DNA of 64,000 bases, from assembly GCF_009914755.1 (NCBI RefSeq), contig NC_060942.1; one strand, 5' to 3'. Below are positions 30,578 to 44,925 of this stretch, piece by piece; the first letter of the stretch is position 1, and the number at the start of each line of letters is the position of its first letter. Source of the DNA: the human T2T-CHM13v2.0 reference genome, Homo sapiens. The notes beneath the pieces were generated by a model. That model saw nothing but the letters and a program-made list of their open reading frames with translations. It was not told where the DNA came from and searched no databases. A program made the position numbers and the translations under genes.

Positions 30578-30633
30578 AAAAATAAAATTTAGTTAGGGGA
30601 AGTGATACAACTAGTGTTGTCAGATGAAATACA
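30578..30633 (+). repeat. 56-bp copy of 29590-29645
   Basis: 55/56 identical, read directly. Confidence 0.95.
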
Positions 30634-31198
30634 TATCAAGCTAGACAGAATTGGATAGTGGTAGCTGGTCATGTTGACTTGACTGTAATAAGATGCAATT
30701 TATAGGTTTGGGCTTAGCACAAATTTTTTTTCCAGTGAACATATCCATAGAACACTAAAAATAAGTTCCCCCATGGGGAGTCAGAGTCATTAAGAATCCT
30801 AAGAAATGGGATCTTCTCCCTTAGGCAGCAGAGTTGAATGCATGGTGCTGTCTCCTAGGAGGAATTCAGTTGAAAGTTATATAATAAACTAGTACTACTC
30901 TGTTACATTTTAGGTGTAATCACCCATTTGAGTATTTCTTGACTAAAGTGGACTTCAAGTATCATTCCAGGAGTATGCCTCCAGTACCATGAGAAATGAT
31001 GACATAGACTTCTACTGTGGAGTGAATGATACAAATGGGGATTCAGCAAGCCCCAATCTGTATGTGCTCAAACTAGGCAAAAAAACATTAAGAGGCTTAA
31101 CACTTGACCACAACGACAACACTAAAAAGCCATAAGCCCCAGTATTGTGTTTCAGGGCAATGCTAAAATTTATAGACTCTTTAAAATAGAAACATATC

Positions 31199-31613
<415 letters not shown>

Positions 31614-32647
31614 TTAATTAAGGAGAGACACAAACATCATTGTCATGAGAGTGATAGCGAAAGTTTGGGGAAAGCTCACTTGAGCCAAAACTTTAGAGAT
31701 TTTGCCATGTGGGTGCTTTTCCATCTTCCTAGAACAACAAGATCAATAAATTATGACCATTTTTGGAATCAAGTTGCTGTTTATTCTCCTCAAATTGTGT
31801 ACAGTGCACTATGAGAGAATGAATAACATTTAAGCATTTATGCTTAAAACTTCTTCCTTTAGAAATTATCTGCCATTCAAAATGTAAGTTCCCTAAGCTA
31901 TTTGAGTGGATACTTGTGTCTTTGATGAGAAAATAAAAGAGATAGAAAAACAAAAGTTTTAATAGGGTTTTGCCAAAGGTGGAGGTATAACAGGAGAATA
32001 AAGATTGTGAAATTTTAACATAGTTTCTCTACTCTTTATCCTATAGGAAGTACAAAAACATCCTTGCCGTTTGCTGGAATGATGTACTGCTGAAGGCAAT
32101 GGACACTGGGGTTGTTTGTCCCTAATCACAAGTGAGCAATACCAGATCTATTATCTCAGGTTCAGAGAAGTGAGGTGTCTGACCTTCAGACAGGATTGAA
32201 TGCAGAGTAAAATAATTCCAAATATGGTCTGGGCATTGCATGTAATACAGAGTAAAAGTTATTGTAAGACACTTTCGCCAGTTTCTGTCACTTGGTTCCT
32301 CAAATGTTTAGTTCATTCTAATTACATAATCAGCCTTCTGATTCAATGAAGACTGATGGGATTGCTGACTTGCCACCCTGGAGTTCAGTTGGCAGCAAGT
32401 GAGGGAAAAGGTGAACTCTGTAAACAAGGTTTAGAAGCCCTTTTCTTAACTCTTTATAAAACAGAGAAGATGAGGAAGGAGAAAGGCACTGTCATTAAGC
32501 TCTTAGCCAGGGAATTACACATACACACACGTGTGTGTGTGTGTATTTCAACTCAATGTACAAGGACTTCTCAGCCCATAGCTACTTTGAACACATTGTT
32601 TATCCCCCATAGCATGAAGGACTAAAGGAACCAGAGATTTCATAATC

Positions 32648-33335
32648 TCTGGCCTGTAACGTTTTTGCTGAAATATCTGCTGTTATTCTAATGGGGTTTC
32701 CTTTAAAGGTGACTAGTCACTCTTCTTTTGCTAATTAATTTTTTTTTTCACTTTGACTTTAGACATTCTGAATATAATATGCTATGATGAAGCACTTTAT
32801 GCAATGTATATTCCTGAGGATTGCTGGGCCTCCTGTAACTAGATGTCTGACTCTCTTGCTAGATGTGGAAAGTTTTCATCAATTATTTTCTTAAACAGGT
32901 TTTCTAAGCTTTTAAATAATCTTTCTTTCCCATCAGGAATACCAATAATTTCTAATTTCAGTCACTTTATGTAGTCCCAGACATCTCAAAGGCTTTGTGC
33001 ACTCCCTTTTATACTTTTTTGTTGTCGTTATCTTTGTCTTACTGGATTATTTCAAAAGACTTATCTTCAAGTTCTGAGATTCTTTCTTCTGCTTGATCTA
33101 TTCTGTTATTGAAGCTTTCAAATACATTTTGCATTTCCTTCAATAGTTTTTTTAGGTTTAGATTTTCTGCTTTTGCTTTATAAGATACCCATCTCCTTGA
33201 TACATTTCTCATTAATATCCTGAGTTAATTTTCTAATTTCTTGAAGTTGGCCCAAGGGTGGAATGCAGCCCCGTGTTAAACTCTCAAAACTGTGCCTTGG
33301 GCCTGTGACCAGACAGAGCAGATTTCTTCTCAAGT
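32648..33335 (-). mobile_element. Antisense old L1 ORF1 and 5' fragment, adjoining the sense L1
   Basis: Reverse complement of the ORF1 region (RITADISAKTLQAR-like sequence at about 32650-32700). Confidence 0.75.
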
Positions 33336-33344
33336 AAGTAGCAT

Positions 33345-35822
33345 AGAAAAGAGAGATCCAAATAAACACAATCATAAATGAAAAAGGAGACATTATAGCT
33401 GATAACACAGAGGCACAAAGATCATCAGAGACTATTATAAATAACTATATGATCACAAACCAGAAAACCTAGAGGAAACCAATAAATTCCTGGAAGCATA
33501 CAACCTCCCAAGATTAAACCAGAAAAAGGAGAACTCTTACACAGACCAGTAATGAAAAGTGAGGTTGAAATAGTAATTTAAAACTCTCCCAACAACAACG
33601 AAGCCCAGGACCAGGAGGATTCACAGTGAAATTCTACCAAACATGCAGAAAGAACTACTACCAGTCCTCCTGAAACTTTTTCACAAAATCCAGGAGAAAG
33701 GAGCTCTCCCTATCTCATTCTACAAGGCCAGTGTCACCTTATTCGTGATAAATACAGATGCAAAGATCCTCAACAAAATACTAGCAAATCGAATCCAACA
33801 GCACATCAAAAAGATGGTACACCATAATCAAGTGGATCTTATCCCAGGGATTCAATGATGGTTCAACATACACAAATCAATAAGTGTGATATATCACATA
33901 AGCAGATTTAAGGACACAAATCATAGGTCATTTCAATAGATGCAGAGAAAGCATGTGATAAAATTTAGCATTAGTTTATAATAAAAATCCTTAACAAACT
34001 AGGCATAGACAGAAGATACTTCAACATAATAAAGGCAATATATGACAAATCCTCAGTCAACGTCATTCTTAATGGAAAACATTTGAAAGCATTCCCTCTA
34101 AAAACTGGACCAAGTCCAAGATGCCCACTTTCACCACTTCTATTGACTATAGTACTGAAAGTTTTTGCCAGGGCAATCAGGCAAGAAAAAAATAAAATAA
34201 AAGTCACCCAAATTGAAAAAAAAGAGGAAGTTATCCCTGTTTGCTGATTTTATGATGTTACATTTAGAAAATCCTAAAGACTCCACCATGATACTCTTAG
34301 ATTTGATAAATAAATTTGTGAAGTTTCAGGGCACAAAATTAGGAAACAGGAATTTGTAGCATTTCTATACACCAATAATGTTCTAGCCTGGGATTAAATC
34401 ATGAAGGCAATCCCATTCACAAAGATACAGAAAAATGTCCCCCCCAAAAAAACACACACAAAAAACAAACAAACAAACAAACAAAAACCTAGGAATATAT
34501 TTAACCAAGAGTGGGAAAACATCTCAATAAGGAGCACTACAAAACACTAATGGAAAAAATTTTAGATGTCACAAACAAACAGGGAAACATCTCATGCTCA
34601 CTGATTAGAAGAATCATGATCATTGTTAAAATGATCATGCTATCCAAAGCAATATACAGATTCAATGCAATTTCTATCAAATTCTAAAATGCATATGTAG
34701 AACCTAAAAAGAGCATGAATAGATAAAGTAGTCTTAAACAAAATGAACAAACCCAGACCAGAGGCACCATATTACCTGACTTCAAATTATACCATAAGGC
34801 AATAATAATCAAAACAGAATGGTACTGGTATAAAAATAGACACATAGATCAATGGAACAGAAAAAACAATAGAAATAAAACCACATACCTACAATCAACT
34901 AATCTTCAACAAAGTCAACAAAAATATACACAAAAGAAAAGCACCCTATTCAATCAATGGTGCTGAGAAAATTATATAGCCATATGAATAAGAATGAAGC
35001 TGGACTTATACCTTTCACCATATACAGAAATCAACACAACATGAATTAAAGACCTACAAGTAAGACTTAAAACTATAAAAGTCCTAGAAGAAAATTTAGT
35101 AAAAACACTTCTGGACATTGGCGTAGGCAAAGAATTTATGATGAAGATCCCAAAAGTGAACACAACCGAAACAAAAATAGACAAGTGGGACTTAATTAAA
35201 CTAAAAGCCTTCTGCACAGCAAAGAAGCAGTCAACAGAGTAAATGACAAGCTACGGGATGGGAAAAGTATTTGCAACCTATGCATCTGACCAGAATCTAC
35301 AAGGAACTCAAACAGCTCAACAAGAAACAAAAAATAACCCCATTAAAAAGTGGGCAAAGGACATAAACAGATATTTTTAAAAAGAAAACATGTAAATGGC
35401 CAAGAAAAAAAATGTTCAACATTACTAATCATCAGAGAAATGCAAATTAAAACAACGAGATACCATTTTACACCAGTCAGAATGGCCATATTAAAAAGTC
35501 AGAAGCAACATATGTTGGCAAAGATGTGGAAAAAAAGGAATGCTTTTACATTGTTATAGGACTGTAAATTAGTACAACCTCTACAAAAATACGATATGGA
35601 GATTTTTCAAATAACTGAAAATAGAACTAGTATTCAATCCAGCAATTTCCCTACTGGGTATATACCTAAAGGGAAAGAAATCATATCAAAAAGATAACTG
35701 CATTTTTATGTTTGTCATAGCACTATTAACAATAGCAAAGATATGGAATCAACTTTTGTCCATCAACAGAGCACTGGATAAAAAAAGGGATATACATATA
35801 CCATGAAATACTACTCAGTTAT
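33345..35822 (+). mobile_element. Old L1 (L1PB3/4-like) ORF2 body, part 1
   Basis: Degenerate ORF2p ([19 protein letters not shown]; MQIKTTRYHFTPVRMAI). Breaks off at gaaatactactcag. Confidence 0.9.
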
Positions 35823-35830
35823 TTTTTAAA

Positions 35831-36712
35831 ATGGTGTATATGTACAACTTTTTTTATCCAGCTTATCTTTGTTGGGCATTTAAGTTGATTCCACACCATT
35901 GTTATTGTGAATAATGCAGCAGCAGACATACGTGTGCATGTGTCTTTCTAATAGAACAATTTATATTCCTTTAGGTATATACCCAGTAATGGGATTGCTA
36001 GGTTGAATGGTATTTCAGGTTTAGGTCTTTGAGAAATCACCACACTCTGTTCCACAATGGATTAACTAATTTACACTCCCACCAACAGTGTATAATGCAT
36101 TCCTTTTTCTCCACAACCTTGCCAGCATCTGTTATTTTTTGACTTTTTAATAATAACCATTCTAACTAGTGTAAGATGGTATCTCATGATTTTGATTTGC
36201 ATTTCTCTAATGATCAGTGATGTTGAGGTTTTTTTCATTTGATTGTTCGTTGATGTATGTCTTTTTGAAGTGTCTGTTCATCTCCTTTGTCCACTTTTTA
36301 ATGAGGTTGATGTTTTCCCTGTTAATTTGTTTAAGTTTCTTATAGATGGAATACTATGCAGCCATAAAAAAGAATGAGATGTCCTTTGCAGGAACATAGA
36401 TGGAGCTGGAGGCCATTATCCTTAGCAAAGTAACACAGGAACAAAAAACCAAATACTGCATGTTCTCACTTACAAGTGGGAGCTAAGTGATGAGAACACA
36501 CGGACACATAAACGGGAACAACACACACTGGGACCTATTGAAGGGTGAAGGGTGGGAGGAAGTAAAGTATCAGGAAAAACAACTAATGGATACTAGGCTT
36601 AATACCTGGGTGACTAAATAATCTGTACAATAAGCCTGTATGATGTTTATACAAATTTACCAGTGTAATGAACCTGCACATATACATACCCCTGAACTTA
36701 AAATAGAAGTTT
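35831..36712 (+). mobile_element. 5'-inverted (twin-primed) L1PA11-15-like element, nested in the older L1
   Basis: 35831-36348 is antisense and 36346-36712 is sense. The two parts are contiguous in L1 (gtacatatacaccAT|ggaatactatgcagcc), with ATG microhomology at the junction. Confidence 0.85.
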
Positions 36713-36719
36713 TTAGAAA

Positions 36720-37025
36720 ACAAGAATGAGACAACTTTCTCTGTACTAGCAAGGAAAGATTCCCAAGACATACTGTTAAGGACAAAAAGCAAGTTACAAA
36801 ACAGTTTATATAATGAGCTACCTTTCATGTACACGCATATGAGAGGAGTAAGAACATGTATTCACATTTATTTTCATTTACGTAAAGAAACACTAGACAG
36901 ATATATAAGAAACTATTAAGAAAGATATATAATAAAGAGCAGAGTTTCTACAGGGTAGACCAGCCAGAGGTGGAAAATACTACTACTCAACCTGCACCTT
37001 TCAGAATAATTTTTTCATGTTTTTA
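36720..37025 (+). mobile_element. Ancient L1ME-like 3'UTR fragment
   Basis: gaatgag...tgtactagcaaggaaagattcccaagacatactgttaag...aaaagcaagttacaaaacag resembles the L1ME3/4 3' end. Confidence 0.6.
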
Positions 37026-37694
37026 ATTTACGTTCACTACCTATTTATTTGGTTCAGGACTCCATTTCCTTCACTTTGAGACCAAGTAATCAGGCTTCAG
37101 ACTTCTTACCTCTGCCTGCCAAAGTCACTAACCTCATGACAGACATAATTTAGGTTAGAAGAATAGCAAAGTTCTTCCTCAACTGTTTCCTCAGAAAAGA
37201 ACAAACTGATAAAACATGTGGGCCCCTAAAATATGAACATTATCTGTAAGACTGAGTTAAAATGTGTTCTAAAAACATCTTCTAAAAATGTGAAAACAGC
37301 AGAGGTATGACCATTTGCTAAAAAAAAAAAAAAAAAAAATGTTGGGGGGACAATATGTTAAAAAATATGCATGGAAAAGCAGTATAGAGAATGGTCCTCC
37401 TTCTCTACTCCTTTTAAAATTTTGATTTCATACTTGAGTTTTCATAACGGACTTTTGTAAAGAGGGGAGATTTGCATTCAGGTGTAAGATTACAAGCATT
37501 TTAAGGCCACTTTCAACACAAGTATTTTTTTTTTTACTAATCACTTCTGTGGTTCCGCTGCCCCAGACAAGAAAAAAAAAGAGAAATGGAAAGGGAAAGC
37601 TACGTTCAGGGCACGTAAAGGTTTTATCTAGCTTTAAGGGTTAAAAGAATTGGCACAAAGTTTAAAAAAGTTAAGCCACTTGTCTAAAAAAAAA

Positions 37695-38060
37695 TTAAAT
37701 AAAATCATGTCTTTTGCAGAAACATGGATGCTGCAAAATGGAGGCCATTGTCCTAAGTGAAATAACTCAGAGACAGAAAGTCAAATATTTCATGTTCTTA
37801 TTTATAAGTCAGAGCTAAATATTGGGTATACATGGACACACAGAATGGAATAATAGACATTGGACACTATAAAAGTTGGGAGGGTGGAAGAGAGATGAGG
37901 TTTGAAAAACTACCTATTGGGTAAAATGCTCACTGTTAGTGTGCTGGATACACTAAACATCCAGATGTCATCACTATTTAATATATACATGTAAGAATCT
38001 GCATTTGTATCCCCTAAATATATAAACATTTACAAATAAAACACTGAAACATAAAAAAAA
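37695..38060 (+). mobile_element. Old L1 (L1PB3/4-like), part 2: ORF2 end, 3'UTR and tail
   Basis: aaatcatgtcttttgcag...gaaataactcagagacagaaagtcaaata continues exactly where part 1 stops. Confidence 0.85.
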
Positions 38061-41000
38061 CAATCTGGCATAGACAGTGAGATATTATGTCTGTTAGTAG
38101 TTTAAGCTTCAGCTGCAGGACCGGTTAGCCTCACTGAGAATCCACACGGCAGGGGTGATAGCCAGCAATATATGAAAAAGTCCAAATTCTAGAAGCAGCT
38201 ATGCCAAGGTATATTGAGCTACACCTCATTTTATGCAAGTTATATTGGTGAGTGTAGGAACGTTTTTATTAAATAAATTAGTTCTTCGGTAATTATGTTG
38301 GTAAATAATAAAAACAGATGTTAATTGGTAAAATTGCAAGGTATTCAAGGTATGTGGTTGACCAAAAAATATAGAATCACTTCCACTGTTTAAAAACAGA
38401 GCATAGAAATTCAGTCAGAAGAGTAGTCTCTATGTTAGGAAAGGAACTGGAGACTATTTGGTCCTGCCATTGGTTTGTGAAAAGGGATAGTTACATGATG
38501 ATGATAAGAGTAACAGAATCCTACCTCTGGAAGTATGTGTGTGTTGTGTGGACCTTTCAGGCAAGCTGATAGAGTATCACAAAGAAATTGAGGAACTGCA
38601 AATTTACAGAACATGAAAAGGAAATAGTGTGTGCCTGCTTACAAATAAAGGAGTTTTTGTTTTTTAAATAAACATTGTTCATGTGGCAAAATTTGGTCTA
38701 TAATTGGTTCTCAGTGTAATTCTGATTGCAAGGTTCTGAATGGAGCTAACTGTCACAGGGCATTACATAGTTCAGTAGCTCTTATTGCCTCCAAAAACAG
38801 CCCAAGAGTTAGACACAATCAGATTGCCTTGAGTCAGTTTCCAATGCTTAGGAATAACTTTTAGTGACTACTTTTAGCACTTTAGCTGACCAAGGAGAGA
38901 TTTGAGGAAACAGACCAATTTTTGATGCTACTTAGAGTATGAAGCCAGTATCTTAAGGCATGTATCCACAATGTGTACCAGAGCCCACACTAAAAAAGTT
39001 ACCTTTCTTCAACAAATATGCAGAGTTGAAGATGGGAAATTTAAGGGAGGTGACTGAGAAAAAAAGAGATGTTATTCAATGAGAATATGGATTTGAGGTG
39101 ATAACAGTAAAGTGCTTTTGAAGCACTTTTGAGAAGCTCGTTTTTGTAGGAGGAATATCGACACCTGGGAAAGTTGCATTAAATAAATTATGCTGCCAAA
39201 AGCACACCAGGAGCGTAGATGCGCTATGAACACAGAGACACAGAGATGAATTAATGAGGACATCTTGTATTAAATCATTTGACAACCTGGATGCCATTTG
39301 TCATTGAAATGCAACTAAATATACATTTTATATACTATAAAATGCTCACTTTCAGATAGAGTGTATTACAATGTGAATATATCCACCCAAGTGGATGGAT
39401 ATATTTTTCTCTGCCTAATTCCCTATGGGGATGTGTGCTGTCAGAAGGATGCACACTTAGATGCTGGATAGGGAGGGCAGGACAATGATAGGCCTCCTGC
39501 AAGTGGCACCTGGCAAACTGCTAAAGAATTCATATTAATGGGGAAAGCTAGAGGGCTTTTGTGGAATGTGGAAATACTTTAACCCACTCCCCCCTCTCCA
39601 GGGTCCATCTGTATACTGTTGCCAGGTTCATCTTCTTCAATCGCCAAATTTTTCATATCTGTCTCCAATTTATAACCCTTCAAAAAGTTATTTATTTCTC
39701 ACAGATGAAATCCAAATACCTACACTTGGCAGTTCAGACCTTGCAGGGTATAGCCTATGGAAAGAAACCCTTCTTGGAATAAGCTGGGGATTTTCATGTT
39801 TGCTACACTTACCTTAAACTAGATTGGCTGTGCTTTTCTCAAGCTTTTTCACTCTTTGCTTTGCCAAATTTTATTCTGAAAAGAATCAAAGGTTTTGTGT
39901 TTGGGGGAAAAAAGGGTGTGGCTCTGTTCCCAGTTGATTCTGTAGGTAGTTCTAGGAAAAAAGAAAGAGCAAAACTATAAAACCTTCCTTTTCGTGAGAA
40001 AACATTGCTTGCCCACAAACTCTGTCTAGGCATTCATAAGCAATTTACATAATCAACATGGATTCCAAGTATCTCTGCACTCAACTGCATCAGATAAAAA
40101 CAGTTTGTGCAATATAAATTAACTTGGCTCTCCCAACTTCCTATTTATAGTTAAGGAAAAGCTCTCTTACCATAAATGGAAAGAGGATGTTCTAGGATCA
40201 GAAACTTGTATCAATGTGCCAAGGAAGTAACACTGCAACTTGCCCCTTCTGAAATTATTACTTATCCAGGCCTTCATTTTACCACTGGAGTGAGAGGCAT
40301 CTAAGGAAAGTATTAAGAGAGAGAAATAAATGTCCAAAGAGTGGAGCAAAAGAGATTTGTGTAAGCCCAAGTGCAAAGGAGTCTGGTTCTGTGCCTCATG
40401 ACTGGTGCCAGTCATCCCATCTGTGGCCAGGCCGAGTTAAGGTAGGATAAAAAAATCCGTGTTCCAAAATATGTGCCTATCAATGCTTCTCTTTCTTTAC
40501 TTTTCTCGTGAAAGATGAATTGCAACCTTTGACTAACATGACAACATTTTTTTCCATATCTGAGACAAGTTTAACCAGGGAACAGTCCATTTGTGGAGGC
40601 TGCCTAAGGTGAGATTAGCAGAAGAGGTAACTTAGAGTCCCAGAGTAAGTGTAGGAAGCAGAGGTAGAGAGAAATGAAAATAAACGGCATCTTACCCTTT
40701 ACTTTCCCAACCCAGGGTTCCAATTGGTTGGAATACACACCTGGCCAGGGATACACTGAAGAGCATACCTGAGTTATATCTCTCTATTTTCATTTAGTAC
40801 TTCCAATTTGTTTCCTAAAATCTTGGGTTAGTTTCACATTCCCTTTTCTTCTCTCCTACCCTCTTAGGAACCTCAGTAAACATCAGGCACTCAGTGCTCT
40901 CCAGACTGCAGTGGTGGTGGAGCTGAGAGGACTGTGTTTGGAGGAGTAAATGTCCACTCTCATGCTATTTTATTTCTCAGGCCCTTTGTCATGGCCTTCT

Positions 41001-41944
41001 TAGTGGTAAGATCTGGAAGGGTACAATATGGTGATAGATGTAACTTTTGCTTTTGAGAGGTAAGGTGAAGTGAGGCCTGAGTAAAGATTCACCAGTTTAG
41101 GAAGACATTGCAGTTTGTTTCTATTTGTTCAATTCAGTTTACTAGGTTAGAGAAGAAGATAGAGACTTCAAGCAAGGCCTGGCACATAAATCTTCCCTTG
41201 GCTAAATAGTCAATCATTAAAATCTCTCTTGAGGATGTAAAACTTTTACTTTCTACTTGACCCCACCATAAAAAAATTAAATAAAATAAAGAGTTGCTAA
41301 TTTTGTGGGTCAGAAATTTCTAGAATATTGAGTGGATCATGTTTTCTACTGAGTGGAGTTACTCTTCCCTCTGTTTTCCATTCTATTACACTTACTCCAG
41401 AGAGATAATGTTTTGGCCTTCCTCTCTCCCTCCCTCTCCCACCTCTTTTCCTCTCTGGGAGAAGAGGCATGGCAGTGAAGAATATATAATATACAATGCC
41501 AAATAAAGTGAGTAATTGCTTTAGGACAGTGGTTCTCAGACTTTGGAAAGTCATGAATGAGTAACTTTTTCAGGGACTTACATAAGCTTGATGATATTAT
41601 TTGCCAAGATCAATATATAGCTTTACATAAATAAATATAAGTATACATACTACCTATCATCATCATAGTTTGATAAAATAGAGGATAGTTTATCATCAGA
41701 AATGTAATAAAATATTTTGGGTTTTAAAAATAATAAAATTGGCTTTTAAAGAAGCTGTATTATGAAATTTCTCCTGGTCAGACAAGGACTTCATCACTTG
41801 TGTAGTAGAAGATTGAAAAAGGGAAAGTTTACTATTCACTGATGTTGATCTGCTAATTTAAGTCTAACTCTGGATCATGTTTGGCTTGGAGACGTGAATG
41901 AAAGAAGAAGGGCTGATCATGGCAAAGCTCTCTATGTAATTATC

Positions 41945-44592
<2,648 letters not shown>

Positions 44593-44594
44593 TT

Positions 44595-44925
44595 TGTGGG
44601 ATGAAAGGTGGTCCTCAAAAGGATATATCTTCATTCTAATACCCAGACTTTGTTAATATTATCTATATGGTAAAAGAGTGAATAGCACCTTTTATGGGAA
44701 AAGATGATTAAGTTAAAGATATTTAGAGGTGATGCTTATCTAGGATTATCTGGTTTGCTCTAAATCCAGTGATGAGTTTCTCATAACACAGAGGCAAAGG
44801 AATATTTGAGACACACAGAAAAGGTGAAGGCACAGACAAAGAAAAAACAAAAGGCAAAGTCATCACAGAGGCAGAGACTGAAGGGATGTGGTCACAAGCC
44901 AAGGAAAACTTGAGAACACCAGAAT
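44595..44925 (+). mobile_element. MLT1C/D-like LTR
   Basis: ggtcctcaaaaggatat...gattaagttaaagat...ggattatctgg...gaggcagagactgaagggatgtggtcacaagccaagga. Confidence 0.75.

Noticed and set aside
39378-39405. Small hairpin ATATATCCACCCA-AG-TGGATGGATATAT
   Set aside because: Too short for a pre-miRNA, and partly low complexity.
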